From an uncultured bacterium (GTDB lineage Bacteria > Bacillota_I > Bacilli_A > RFN20 > CAG-826): a DNA stretch of 64,000 bases. The translations under genes and the position numbers were made by a program. Below are positions 17,932 to 27,370 of this stretch, piece by piece (position 1 is the stretch's first letter; the number at the start of each line of letters is the position of its first letter). The notes beneath the pieces were generated by a model. The model did no database searches. It was given only the letters and a program-made list of their open reading frames with translations, and was not told the DNA's origin. The stretch covers positions 8,505 to 72,504 of the forward strand of contig CASERQ010000002.1 in assembly GCA_949290395.1 (NCBI GenBank). The letters run 5' to 3'.

Positions 17932-20349
17932 ATGATTTTTACAAATAAAAGTGAATTCGCTAAAGAATTTAAATCTAGAATGTCTGCTAAGTATGGAAGA
18001 TCTCCATCTGAAGCTCACGTTTTAGAAAAATACGATATTCTTGGCGAAATGGTTAGAGATTATGCTGGTTATAACTGGCGTCAAACTCACGAATATTTAA
18101 ATAACAATCACTCAAAACAATTAATTTATTTCTCAATGGAATTCTTAATTGGTCGTCTTTTAACAAACAATATGATGAATCTTGGAATTTATGATATTTG
18201 TAGAGATGGCTTAAGTGAACTTGGAATTGATATTGGCGAACTTGAAGACATGGAAGCTGATGCTGGACTTGGAAATGGTGGTTTAGGTAGACTTGCTGCT
18301 TGTTTCCTCGATTCAATTGCTTCTTTAGGTTATCCAGGAAATGGAAACTGTATCCGTTATGAATATGGTTTCTTCAAACAAAAAATTGTTAATGGTAATC
18401 AAATTGAATTACCAGATCAATGGTTACAAAATGGTTATGTTTGGGAAGTTAGAAAACCAAAACATTCTGTTGAAGTAAGCTTTTATGGAAACGCTGAAAC
18501 TTATTTAAAACCAAATGGAGATTATGGAATTAGAACTGTTAATTCAACAAAAATTACAGCTTGTCCATATGATGTTTCTGTAGTTGGTTATAAAAATGGT
18601 GTTGCTAACAACTTAAGACTTTGGAAAGCCCAACCAAGCGAACAAAATTTCCCATATAACATTTCTTTTGATGAATATTTAAATCAAATCAATGAATTAT
18701 GCCATGGTCTTTATCCAGATGATACAACAGAACATGGAAAAATCTTAAGACTTAGACAACAATATTTCTTTGTTAGTGCTGGTTTACAAAGTGCAATTAG
18801 AGGATTTATTCGTTTAGGTGGCGATTTACATAAATTCCATGAAAGTTATGTTTTCCAATTAAACGATACTCATCCAATTTTAGCTATTCCTGAACTTATG
18901 AGACTCTTAATGGATGAACATGGATTTGGCTGGGATGAAGCTTGGGATGTAGTTACAAAGTGTATTGCTTATACAAACCACACCGTCATGCCAGAAGCTT
19001 TAGAAAAATGGCCAATTCAATACATTCAAAATTTAATTCCACGTTGCTATATGATTATTGAAGAAATCAATAGACGTACATTGATTTGGATGAATCAACA
19101 TAATGTCTCAGAAGGCGAAATGAGCAACATGCAAATTATTAAAGATGGAATGGTCAGAATGACTAACCTTGCAATCTTTACTTGTTTTAGTGTAAATGGT
19201 GTTGCTGCTTTACACACTGAGATTTTAAAAAAAGAAACTTTCAAAGATTTCTATAAATATTTCCCTGAAAAGTTCAATAACAAGACAAATGGCGTTACCC
19301 ATAGAAGATGGTTAATGTACTCTAATTCTGAACTTGCTAAGTTAATTACATCCAAGATTGGCGATAGTTGGATTAAAAATCCGGATGATCTTGAAAAACT
19401 CCTTAAATATCAAGATGATAGAGAAACTCTTGAGGAATTAAGAAAAGTTAAACATAACAATAAGCTTAGACTTGCTAACTTTATTGAGAAAAATTATGGA
19501 ATCAAGATTGATACCCATTCAATCATCGATACTCAAATTAAAAGATTACATGCATACAAGAGACAACTTATGAATGTCTTTAGAATTATGCATTATTACT
19601 TTGAAATTAAATCTAATCCAGAGTTTAAGATGCTTCCACACACCTTTATCTTTGGTGCTAAAGCTGCTCCAAGTTATATTTTTGCAAAAGAAATTATTAC
19701 TTTAATTAATGCAGTAGCAGATGTTGTTAATAACGATCCAGATGTTAATAAATACATGAAAGTTGTATTTATGGAAAATTATGGTGTTTCTCTTGCTGAA
19801 CTTATCATTCCAGCAACCGATATCTCTGAACAAATTTCAACAGCTGGCAAAGAAGCAAGTGGTACATCTAACATGAAATTCATGATGAATGGTGCTTTAA
19901 CTTTAGGTACTCTTGATGGTGCTAATGTTGAAATTAATGAAAGAGTTGGCGATGAAAATAGCTTTATCTTTGGTTTAAAGGTTAATGATATTGAACAAAT
20001 TAGAAAGAGTGGTATGTATAATCCATGGGATATCTATAACCGCAATCCAAACATAAGAAGAATTCTTGATAGTTTATTCAATGGTCCATGGTGCCATGGA
20101 ATTCATGATAGATTTAGAGGAATCTTCGATGAAATTATGAATCATAACGATGAATACTTCATTCTTATGGATTTTGATGCTTATGTTGAAGAATCAGATA
20201 AGATTCAAAATTACTATAAAGATAGACAAGCGTGGACTAAGAGTTGCTTAATTAATATTGCAAAGAGTGGTTACTTCTCAAGTGATCGTACAATCGAGCA
20301 ATATAATAAAGATATTTGGCACTTAGAAAAAATTAAATTTAAAAACTAA
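17932..20349 (+). CDS. glgP: glycogen/maltodextrin phosphorylase
   Basis: 805 aa with GLGNGGLGRLAACFLDS and the PLP-lysine region EASGTSNMKFMMNGALTLGTLDGANVE. Its ATG directly abuts the glgB stop. Confidence 0.93.
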   Translation: MIFTNKSEFAKEFKSRMSAKYGRSPSEAHVLEKYDILGEMVRDYAGYNWRQTHEYLNNNHSKQLIYFSMEFLIGRLLTNNMMNLGIYDICRDGLSELGIDIGELEDMEADAGLGNGGLGRLAACFLDSIASLGYPGNGNCIRYEYGFFKQKIVNGNQIELPDQWLQNGYVWEVRKPKHSVEVSFYGNAETYLKPNGDYGIRTVNSTKITACPYDVSVVGYKNGVANNLRLWKAQPSEQNFPYNISFDEYLNQINELCHGLYPDDTTEHGKILRLRQQYFFVSAGLQSAIRGFIRLGGDLHKFHESYVFQLNDTHPILAIPELMRLLMDEHGFGWDEAWDVVTKCIAYTNHTVMPEALEKWPIQYIQNLIPRCYMIIEEINRRTLIWMNQHNVSEGEMSNMQIIKDGMVRMTNLAIFTCFSVNGVAALHTEILKKETFKDFYKYFPEKFNNKTNGVTHRRWLMYSNSELAKLITSKIGDSWIKNPDDLEKLLKYQDDRETLEELRKVKHNNKLRLANFIEKNYGIKIDTHSIIDTQIKRLHAYKRQLMNVFRIMHYYFEIKSNPEFKMLPHTFIFGAKAAPSYIFAKEIITLINAVADVVNNDPDVNKYMKVVFMENYGVSLAELIIPATDISEQISTAGKEASGTSNMKFMMNGALTLGTLDGANVEINERVGDENSFIFGLKVNDIEQIRKSGMYNPWDIYNRNPNIRRILDSLFNGPWCHGIHDRFRGIFDEIMNHNDEYFILMDFDAYVEESDKIQNYYKDRQAWTKSCLINIAKSGYFSSDRTIEQYNKDIWHLEKIKFKN

Positions 20350-20358
20350 TGACATTAA

Positions 20359-20389
20359 CTGCTAGGCTTTGGCCTAGCAGTTTTCTTTT
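20359..20389 (+). terminator. rho-independent terminator after glgP
   Basis: Perfect 9-bp stem CTGCTAGGC/GCCTAGCAG, loop TTTG, then TTTTCTTTT. Confidence 0.75.
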
Positions 20390-20408
20390 ATTCATAGAAA
20401 AATAACTA

Positions 20409-20417
20409 TGCTATAAT
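20409..20417 (+). promoter_or_regulatory. extended -10 promoter element of lemA (TGCTATAAT)
   Basis: TGnTATAAT lies 25 nt upstream of the ATG at 20443. SD-like AAAGGA lies between them. Confidence 0.45.
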
Positions 20418-20442
20418 TTTTCTATCGAAAGGAATAAATATT

Positions 20443-21042
20443 ATGAACTTAGTTGTTTTATCGCTATCTACAGGCGCAATAATTGGAATTTCTGTAGCAG
20501 CCGTTATCGTTTTGCTTATTGTTATAATTCTTGCTTGGTATATCTCTATCATGAATTGGTTTAGAAAAACGAAAGTAAAAGTAGAAGAAGCCAAAAGTTC
20601 AATTGATGCTTCTTTAACGAAAAGATATGATCTTTTAACAAAATTATTGGCTTCAGTTAAACAATATCAAAAGCATGAAGCTGAAACTTTAAGTAAAGTA
20701 ATTTCTTTAAGAAGTAGCTCTATAAATGAACTTAGTTTAAAAGAAAAAGCTGAGCTTTCTACCAAGATGGATGACCTTGAAAAAGGAATTAATGTAGTTG
20801 TTGAAAATTATCCTGAATTAAAAGCTGACAAGGTCTTTTTAGATCTTCACGCTCAAAGTATTAAATGTGAAGATGAGTTACTTGCTACTAGAAGAATTTA
20901 TAATTCTAACGTTTCAACATTCAATCAAAGAAGAGTTAGTTTTCCTGATTCAATAGTTGCTAATCGAATTGGTTTTAAAGAAGATCTTGAATTCTTCCAA
21001 GTTGAAGAAAAGAAAAAAGAAGACGTTAAGTTTGAGTTCTAG
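20443..21042 (+). CDS. lemA: LemA family membrane protein
   Basis: 199 aa. N-terminal TM helix followed by the LemA-like pattern (IDASLTKRYDLLTKLL..., RRIYNSNVSTFNQ). Confidence 0.75.
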   Translation: MNLVVLSLSTGAIIGISVAAVIVLLIVIILAWYISIMNWFRKTKVKVEEAKSSIDASLTKRYDLLTKLLASVKQYQKHEAETLSKVISLRSSSINELSLKEKAELSTKMDDLEKGINVVVENYPELKADKVFLDLHAQSIKCEDELLATRRIYNSNVSTFNQRRVSFPDSIVANRIGFKEDLEFFQVEEKKKEDVKFEF

Positions 21043-21146
21043 TTTGAACTAAAAACCTTGCAAAACCACACTTTTTATAAAAAAAGCGCTTAAATTGCAG
21101 AGAAATTTAAGCGCATAAAACCAAGTTTCAAGCTTCAAAAAAAGTA

Positions 21147-21173
21147 TAAAAAAAAGAAGATTTTTCAATCTTC
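21147..21173 (-). terminator. terminator downstream of the tRNA-Asp/tRNA-Phe unit
   Basis: On the minus strand, GAAGATT/AATCTTC hairpin followed by a 9-nt U-run (plus-strand A-run 21147-21155). A second hairpin GCGCTTAAATT/AATTTAAGCGC at 21086-21114 also carries a minus-strand U-run. Confidence 0.5.
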
Positions 21174-21218
21174 GCATCTATCATAAACGATTTTGTAAAA
21201 TCGTAGTTCTAAGGTTTG

Positions 21219-21294
<76 letters not shown>

Positions 21295-21312
21295 AAATCT
21301 TTTTAAAAAATT

Positions 21313-21388
21313 TGGCGGACCAGACGAGAATCGAACTCGCGATCTCCACTGTGACAGAGTGGCATGTTAACCGCTACACCACTGGTCC
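21313..21388 (-). tRNA. tRNA-Asp (anticodon GUC), CCA encoded
   Basis: Manual cloverleaf, 76 nt: GGACCAG TG GTGT AGCGGTTA ACAT G CCACT CTGTCAC AGTGG AGATC GCGAG TTCGATT CTCGT CTGGTCC G CCA. Confidence 0.9.
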
Positions 21389-21423
21389 GCTTCGTTTTTG
21401 CGTCGTATCAAACGCGCTCAAAT

Positions 21424-21453
21424 AATATAGCATAGACTTTAAAGTTCGTGCAA
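21424..21453 (-). promoter_or_regulatory. candidate promoter of the tRNA-Asp/Phe unit
   Basis: Minus strand reads TTGCAC, an 18-nt spacer, then TGCTATATT (extended -10), about 30 nt upstream of the tRNA-Asp 5' end. Confidence 0.5.
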
Positions 21454-21619
21454 GTAAAAATGTTAATTTTTTTAAAAAAATTTGAAGAAATTTTTGTTAG
21501 GAAATTTTTGATTTAAAACTTGATAAATATTCAATGTTTTGAAAATACGATAACTATCGTTTTATTTTGTAGTTTTTTGGGCAAAAAAGTGCTATTATAT
21601 TCATAAGTTGAGAAATAAA

Positions 21620-22123
21620 ATGTTTAAAAAAGAAGATATTGTAATTAACAAAAAAGGGCAAGTTTGTAAGATTATTGATGTGCTTGAAAATTATGATGTT
21701 GGATTAGGTCCTAATACGTATTATGTTTTAGTTCCTTATTTTGGAAACGTTGATGATTCAATTAAATATTATATTCCCGCTGATAAAGAAGGAATTATAA
21801 GAAGCGCACTTAAAAAAAACGATATTGATAGTCTTATCGACAAGATTCCATCTATTAAAGAAATTTGGATTACAAATCCTAAAGTTAGAAAAACTAAATT
21901 TCGTGAACTTTATGATAGTGGCGACCCAATTGAAATTTTTAAACTTATTAAATCTTTTGAAAAGAAAAAGAAAGATTTAGCAAGAGAAAACAAATTTCTT
22001 TCTTTTACTGATGAAAGTTTCTTAAGAGAAATAAAAACAAACATCTATAACGAATTCTCAGTCGGCTTAAATGTTGATGTAACAAAAATTGAAGAATACA
22101 TAAGCACTAGATTAAAAGGCTAG
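21620..22123 (+). CDS. CarD/CdnL family transcriptional regulator (small, RNAP-interacting type)
   Basis: About 167 aa from ATG 21620 (the track starts at TTG 21608). N-terminus MFKKEDIVINKKGQVCKIIDV...YYVLVPYF...YYIP matches the CarD_CdnL_TRCF N-domain pattern and overall size. Confidence 0.55.
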   Translation: MFKKEDIVINKKGQVCKIIDVLENYDVGLGPNTYYVLVPYFGNVDDSIKYYIPADKEGIIRSALKKNDIDSLIDKIPSIKEIWITNPKVRKTKFRELYDSGDPIEIFKLIKSFEKKKKDLARENKFLSFTDESFLREIKTNIYNEFSVGLNVDVTKIEEYISTRLKG

Positions 22124-22131
22124 TGCTTTTT
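22103..22131 (+). terminator. candidate terminator overlapping the carD-like stop codon
   Basis: 8-bp stem AGCACTAG/CTAGTGCT, 9-nt loop, then TTTTT. Confidence 0.45.
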
Positions 22132-22192
22132 ATAAGCAATTCCTTTGTCTTTTTTAGGAGTATCTATTAATCTTATTTCCGAGGTGATAAAA

Positions 22193-23089
22193 ATGTTAGA
22201 TTTAATTATTGTTGGCGCTGGGCCAGGAGGCGTAACAGCTGCAATTTATGCTAAAAGAAGTAATTTAAATTTTAAAATATTTGAGAAAAACTGTGTCGGC
22301 GGAAACGTCGTCAATGCTTTTGAAATTGAAAATTATCCAGGTGTTGGAAAAATAATGGGAGCTGATCTTGCAATTAACTTTATTAATGATCTTGATCATT
22401 TAGGAATTGAAGTTCAATATGATGAGATTACATCTATTGAGAAAAAAGATGATCATTTTTTAGTCAAAACTTTAAGCGAAGAAACTTTTGAAACAAAAAA
22501 TGTTATTTTAAGCTTAGGAACAAAACCAAGAAAATTAAATTTAGATAACGAAGATAGCTTACTTGGAAGAGGCGTATCTTTCTGTGCAACATGTGACGGC
22601 GCTTTTTATAAAGATAAAGTAACATTAGTTGTAGGAGGAGGCAATAGTGCCCTTACTGAAGCCTTATATTTAGCAAATATTGCTAAAAAAGTTTACGTTA
22701 TAACTCGCCACGAACTTAAAGGTGATAAAAAAGAAATTGAAGCAATAAGAGCTAGAGAAAATATTGAGGTTATCGAATTTAAACAAGTTAAAGAACTTAT
22801 TAAAGATGGAGATAAACTTAAAGGAGTAACTTTATTTGATACAAATACAAAAGAAGAGATGAAACTTACTCTCGATGGTGTATTTGTCTATATTGGTCAA
22901 ATTCCACAAACTTCTTTCTTAAAAGATTTGAATATTTTAGATGAAAAAGGCTTTATAAAAGTTGATAATCATTTTGAAACTAGTGTAAAAGGTATTTTTG
23001 GAGTAGGGGATTGCATTAATAAAGAAGTAAGACAAATTGCAACTGCAATTGGAGACGCTGCAACTGTAATGCATTATTTAGAAAAATAG
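22193..23089 (+). CDS. trxB: thioredoxin-disulfide reductase
   Basis: GAGPGG, redox-active CATCDG, GGGNSA and GVGDC. ATG 22193 is preferred over the track's TTG 22145 because SD GAGGTG lies 6 nt upstream. Confidence 0.9.
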   Translation: MLDLIIVGAGPGGVTAAIYAKRSNLNFKIFEKNCVGGNVVNAFEIENYPGVGKIMGADLAINFINDLDHLGIEVQYDEITSIEKKDDHFLVKTLSEETFETKNVILSLGTKPRKLNLDNEDSLLGRGVSFCATCDGAFYKDKVTLVVGGGNSALTEALYLANIAKKVYVITRHELKGDKKEIEAIRARENIEVIEFKQVKELIKDGDKLKGVTLFDTNTKEEMKLTLDGVFVYIGQIPQTSFLKDLNILDEKGFIKVDNHFETSVKGIFGVGDCINKEVRQIATAIGDAATVMHYLEK

Positions 23090-23126
23090 TATTTAGAAGT
23101 TTTATTTATTCTTTTATCATTAATAT

Positions 23127-23819
23127 ATGAGAAAAGTTTTAAGAGGATTTAATACATTTATTTATGGTTTAAGCTTTGTTTTATTAGCTTTAACTTTTTC
23201 GATTGCAATTCCAATATTATGGCGTGATTTTTATTATCTTCATATTGACTTATTAAATATAGTAAAAGCAACAGGCGTAAGTAGAAGTGATCTTATATAT
23301 TCATTTAATGAACTCATGGATTCTTTAGTTTTTTATAAAGAGTTTGGGGAAGGCGTTTTTGAATATTCAGTAAGTGGTATGAATCACTTTTTAGATTGTA
23401 GAATTCTTTTTACGCTTGATCTTGTAACTTTACCAATAAGTTTTGTAGTTTTTTTAGTTTATTTTATTTTAATTAAAACTAAGAAAATTATAGTTTATCG
23501 CCCGGCTGGAATGTCTATTTTATTTTATGCTTCTTTTGTTCCTATCTTGCTTTTAGGAGCACTTGCGATTTATGCTTTAATTGATGTAAATAGCGCTTAT
23601 ACTTTCTTCCACGCGGTTTTATTTCCTGGAAAAGATAACTGGGTATTTAATCCTCGTACTGATCCAATAATAAACGCATTACCAGAACAATTTTTCTTAG
23701 ATTGTGGAATCTTAATTTTCTCTGTTTTACTTTTAGTTTTATTAGTTGTTATTATTTATAATATTGTTAAAAAAGTTAAATCTCGCTCATTAAAAATATA
23801 TAAAGCAAAAGCAAATTAA
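23127..23819 (+). CDS. integral membrane protein, TIGR01906-like
   Basis: 230 aa, about 5 TM segments. The loop pattern GVSRSDLIYSFNELMDSL...MNHFLDCRILF recalls the TIGR01906 family. Confidence 0.4.
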   Translation: MRKVLRGFNTFIYGLSFVLLALTFSIAIPILWRDFYYLHIDLLNIVKATGVSRSDLIYSFNELMDSLVFYKEFGEGVFEYSVSGMNHFLDCRILFTLDLVTLPISFVVFLVYFILIKTKKIIVYRPAGMSILFYASFVPILLLGALAIYALIDVNSAYTFFHAVLFPGKDNWVFNPRTDPIINALPEQFFLDCGILIFSVLLLVLLVVIIYNIVKKVKSRSLKIYKAKAN

Positions 23820-23830
23820 GGAGAACATTT

Positions 23831-24172
23831 ATGCCATTTATTCAAGTTAAAACTAATGCAAATCTTACACCAAATGATGAGATTTTGATTAAATCAAAGT
23901 TTGGTGAATTAATTAAAATTATTCCTGGAAAAAGTGAAAGTTGGCTTATGGTCCAATTATCAGGCGGCAAGAAAATGTATTTTAAAGGGAGCGATGAAAA
24001 ATGCGCTTATATTGAAGTTAAAATATATGGTGGAGCAAGTAGCGATGTTTATGATAAATTCACTAGTGAAGTTACTTCATTAATAAGTAAAACCTTAAAC
24101 GTCTCACCTAATAGAATTTACGTTAGTTATTTTGAAACTGATAATTGGGGTTATAGTGGATCTAATTTTTAA
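23831..24172 (+). CDS. MIF/D-dopachrome tautomerase-family protein (tautomerase superfamily, Pro-1)
   Basis: 113 aa. Starts MPFIQVKTN (catalytic Pro after Met). The C-terminus VSPNRIYVSYFETDNWGYSGSNF parallels MIF [25 protein letters not shown]. Length matches MIF. Confidence 0.65.
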   Translation: MPFIQVKTNANLTPNDEILIKSKFGELIKIIPGKSESWLMVQLSGGKKMYFKGSDEKCAYIEVKIYGGASSDVYDKFTSEVTSLISKTLNVSPNRIYVSYFETDNWGYSGSNF

Positions 24173-24215
24173 AATATCTTTTAAATGATAACTAATCTTG
24201 TTATCATTTAGTCAC

Positions 24216-24289
24216 GCATCATTAGTTCAATGGCAGAACGTTAGCTTCCCAAGCTGAATACGCGGGTTCGATTCCCGTATGGTGCTCCA
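24216..24289 (+). tRNA. tRNA-Gly (anticodon CCC), CCA encoded
   Basis: Manual cloverleaf, 74 nt: GCATCAT TA GTTC AATGGCA GAAC G TTAGC TTCCCAA GCTGA ATAC GCGGG TTCGATT CCCGT ATGGTGC T CCA. Confidence 0.9.
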
Positions 24290-24302
24290 ATTTTAGAAAA
24301 TT

Positions 24303-24332
24303 CCCTGCGATTTGCAGGGTTTTTGGTTTTTT
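24303..24332 (+). terminator. rho-independent terminator after tRNA-Gly
   Basis: CCCTGC/GCAGGG stem (24303-24319) followed by TTTTTGGTTTTTT. Confidence 0.7.
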
Positions 24333-24346
24333 GAGCGATTAATAGG

Positions 24347-25021
24347 TTAAGTTCTTACTAACTCAAATGAGTCATCAAGTAATGCGGATAACTTATCTAA
24401 GTCAGTTTCTTTATTTATCAAAACACTTATCCAATATTTTTTATACATGTGATAAGCATTAAAAATTTTCTTATTATTGACTAAAGTTTCAACCTTATTC
24501 TCGTTAACTTTTAGATTAACTATATTAACAATTATTTCTTTGTCTTTTTCATTTTTAGTTAGTTTATCTAGACTTACATCCATTAAAACACCAAACCATT
24601 TATTGTTATCTTTTCTTTTAAAAACAAAATAGTTTTTATATTTTTCAAATGGTTGATCAATGAATGAATTTTCTTTGTTTTGGATGTAATTTATAATTTC
24701 GTTAGTTTTATTATTAGAAACAAAAACTTGATCTATAAGCGATTCTAGAAAGCCATTAATTTCTTCATCTAATTTTGTAATGTAGTCGCTTTTAATTCCT
24801 GATTTACCTCTAGCATTAAAAGGAATATATTCTTCGTTTAATTCTTTATCAAAAGCATTAACTATAATAGTTTTCTCGTTGATTAATATAACAAAATCAA
24901 TATTGTTGTCTATTTTTGAGTTTAAAGTGTAATTATAAAAATCATCTTTTAAGATAAAACCTAAATCTTTTAGTTTATTTAAATCGATATCGTAATCTTT
25001 TAATAGATAAGAAAAATCCAT
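24347..25021 (-). CDS. hypothetical protein with C-terminal MmcQ/YjbR-like domain
   Basis: 224 aa. The C-terminal half (WFGVLMDV...IVNLKV...NAYHMYKKYWISVLI...LLDDSFELV) fits the YjbR/MmcQ pattern. The N-terminal ~100 aa are unassigned. Confidence 0.5.
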   Translation of the reverse strand: MDFSYLLKDYDIDLNKLKDLGFILKDDFYNYTLNSKIDNNIDFVILINEKTIIVNAFDKELNEEYIPFNARGKSGIKSDYITKLDEEINGFLESLIDQVFVSNNKTNEIINYIQNKENSFIDQPFEKYKNYFVFKRKDNNKWFGVLMDVSLDKLTKNEKDKEIIVNIVNLKVNENKVETLVNNKKIFNAYHMYKKYWISVLINKETDLDKLSALLDDSFELVRT

Positions 25022-25064
25022 AACATCATTTTACACTAAATGATGATTTATAAAATTTTAAACA

Positions 25065-26270
25065 TTATTTAGCAACTTCCAAGTTTTTTTCTTTATTTGC
25101 TTTTGTTAAATAGTTTACGAATTCATTGCTTAAAGCAAGGATAATTAAGAAACCTAAAATAACGTAAGGTAATATTAAGAAAGTAGTGTTTTTACCAACA
25201 ATACCAAAAAGTGGAGAGATACTAACATTTGCCATATAAGCAAAACCCATTTGTATAGACATTACTGCTTGAGAATGCTTGACTGTAAATCTTTCTGGAG
25301 TTGAGTGAATAATTGCAGGATATACAGGAGCACAACCTAAGCCAATGATTACAAGTCCAACTGACATTAAATATATATTAAATCTAAGGCACATTAAAAT
25401 AGTACCAGTTAAAATTAATCCTTCGCCAATTCTAATAAGATTTTTATCTTTAGTTTTTAAAGAAATTAGACCTGATAAAAGTCTGCCAACCATCATTCCA
25501 ACGTAAAATAAAGAAGTCCAACTTGAAGCAAGATCTTCACTTACTCCCATATCAAAAACAAGCATTGAAGAGAACCAGCAAGCAGTGGTTTGTTCAACTG
25601 CAATATAGCAGAAAAAGCCAAATAAAGCTGGAATTACGCCTCTTATTTTAAAAGTTTTAAAGAAACTGCCTTTTTCTTTAGTTTCTTCCTCTTTATTTTT
25701 TTCTCTAGTTTCAAATTGAGTTTCAGCTTTTTTCCAAACTTTAATTGTGACAACTGAAACAAGCCAAATTGAAGCTTGAATTATAGCAAGACAAATTGCA
25801 GCATTTCGCCATCCATTAATATCCGTTAAAAAAGCACCACAAATAAGAGGAGATATAGAAGCGCCAACTCCCCAAAAGGCGTGAAGCCAGTTAAGATGAA
25901 GTGCTTTATAATTTACTGCAACATAATTATTAAGAGCAGTGTCAATTGCTCCTGCTCCAAGTCCTAAAGGAATTGCACTAACTATTAAAAGGGAAAAATT
26001 TGGAGAAAAACTAAAACCGATTAATCCTATGACCGTAAAAAGAATAGAACCTATGACAACGCCTTTTGTTGTAAACCATTCAATAAGTTTTGTTGTTAAA
26101 AATGAAGATATGATTGTACAAAAAGAAACAACAAGAGTTAAGATTCCTTGATAATCTGAACTTACTCCTAAGGATTGAGACATTGCAGGCCAAGAAGAAG
26201 GAACTAAAGAATCTGGTAAACCTAAAGAAATAAATATTAAATAGATAATAAGTAATAAAACGACTGACAT
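25065..26270 (-). CDS. MFS transporter
   Basis: 401 aa, about 12 TM segments in a 6+6 layout with a charged central loop (KKAETQFETREKNKEEETKEKG). Confidence 0.75.
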   Translation of the reverse strand: MSVVLLLIIYLIFISLGLPDSLVPSSWPAMSQSLGVSSDYQGILTLVVSFCTIISSFLTTKLIEWFTTKGVVIGSILFTVIGLIGFSFSPNFSLLIVSAIPLGLGAGAIDTALNNYVAVNYKALHLNWLHAFWGVGASISPLICGAFLTDINGWRNAAICLAIIQASIWLVSVVTIKVWKKAETQFETREKNKEEETKEKGSFFKTFKIRGVIPALFGFFCYIAVEQTTACWFSSMLVFDMGVSEDLASSWTSLFYVGMMVGRLLSGLISLKTKDKNLIRIGEGLILTGTILMCLRFNIYLMSVGLVIIGLGCAPVYPAIIHSTPERFTVKHSQAVMSIQMGFAYMANVSISPLFGIVGKNTTFLILPYVILGFLIILALSNEFVNYLTKANKEKNLEVAK

Positions 26271-26319
26271 AGGTTTTTTTCTCCTAAACGCGATTATTAT
26301 AGTGAAACGCTTTTAAGAG

Positions 26320-27279
26320 TTAAATATTTTTTTCTTTATTTTTCTTCTTTTCTTTATGGTAAGAAATGGTGAACCATTTTGAGGGCAATTTTGAAATAAT
26401 AATTGCTAAAAACATTACCACGCAACCTATAGTTTGCTGCGTATTTAGATATTGAGGTACTGGAGTAAATTTATAAAAAGTGTAGATTATAACCCCACTT
26501 AAAGAAGCAAAAACACTTTCAAGCGACATAATAAGACTTGCAACTGTTGGATTTAAATATTTTTGAGTAAAAACTTGAATGGTGTAGGCTAAGCCATTAG
26601 AAAAAATTCCTAAAAATAGAAGTGGCAAAAGAGCGTTAATAAAGCCTTCTGTTGTAAAGTTTTCATAAAATGGAATAAATGGGGCAGAAACAATAGAGCT
26701 AACTCCCATTTGTAGTAACATTAAAAGAAAAATGTTGGCTCTTTGACTTGTAAGATCAATTGCTAAAATTTGGAAAGTAAAAAGAAAAGCACCAAGTAAT
26801 AAATAAAGATCGCCGATTTCTATTTTAAAGGATGAGTCAAGCGTTAGTAGACCGAGTCCAACTAGAGCAATCACAATTGCAATATAAATATTAACTCCAC
26901 ACTTTTTCTTAAAAAATAAAGAAATCAAAGGAACCAAAATTATATAAAAAGCGGTAATGAATCCACTTTTGGAAGTAGATGTTGTTGAAATACCAAGTTG
27001 TTGAAAAATACTAGCAAAAGAAAGGAAAATCCCTGCAAAAACGCCACCAATTATTGAATATTTGATTGTTGTTTTATTAATTGAAACTCTATTTTTAATT
27101 AAAGAATATATAGTAAAAGGGATTAAAAATATAAATGCAATTAAAGAGCGGAAAGTGTTTATTGAAAAAGTTCCAAGCGAATTTGAGGCCATCGATTGAA
27201 AAACAAAAGATATGCCCCATAAAAAGGAAGCAAATAAGAGCAATACAAAACTTAAACTTTCTTTACTTTTAATTTTCAT
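26320..27279 (-). CDS. DMT superfamily (EamA-like) transporter
   Basis: 319 aa, about 10 TM segments, two EamA-like halves (LWGISFVFQ...). Confidence 0.75.
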   Translation of the reverse strand: MKIKSKESLSFVLLLFASFLWGISFVFQSMASNSLGTFSINTFRSLIAFIFLIPFTIYSLIKNRVSINKTTIKYSIIGGVFAGIFLSFASIFQQLGISTTSTSKSGFITAFYIILVPLISLFFKKKCGVNIYIAIVIALVGLGLLTLDSSFKIEIGDLYLLLGAFLFTFQILAIDLTSQRANIFLLMLLQMGVSSIVSAPFIPFYENFTTEGFINALLPLLFLGIFSNGLAYTIQVFTQKYLNPTVASLIMSLESVFASLSGVIIYTFYKFTPVPQYLNTQQTIGCVVMFLAIIISKLPSKWFTISYHKEKKKNKEKNI

Positions 27280-27370
27280 CGCTTGTAATTTTATAAGTTA
27301 TGTAACATTTTTGCATTATATTTTAAAAATATATATTAATTAATCTGATTTTGATAAAATTTTCCTTAAT

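Noticed and set aside
20406-20594. 62-aa minus-strand ORF overlapping the lemA start
   Set aside because: It is antisense to the lemA TM-coding segment and its promoter, with no independent support.
22145-22192. Upstream TTG start giving a 314-aa TrxB (and similarly TTG 21608, GTG 30730 and GTG 54503)
   Set aside because: In each case a downstream ATG has a properly spaced SD and/or aligns with the conserved family N-terminus (e.g. MLDLIIVGAGPGG for TrxB). The extensions add non-conserved residues.
24185-24207. Hairpin AAATGATAAC/GTTATCATTT between the MIF-like gene and tRNA-Gly as a terminator
   Set aside because: No T-run follows it on the + strand. It might be a processing or attenuating structure, but a terminator call is not supported.
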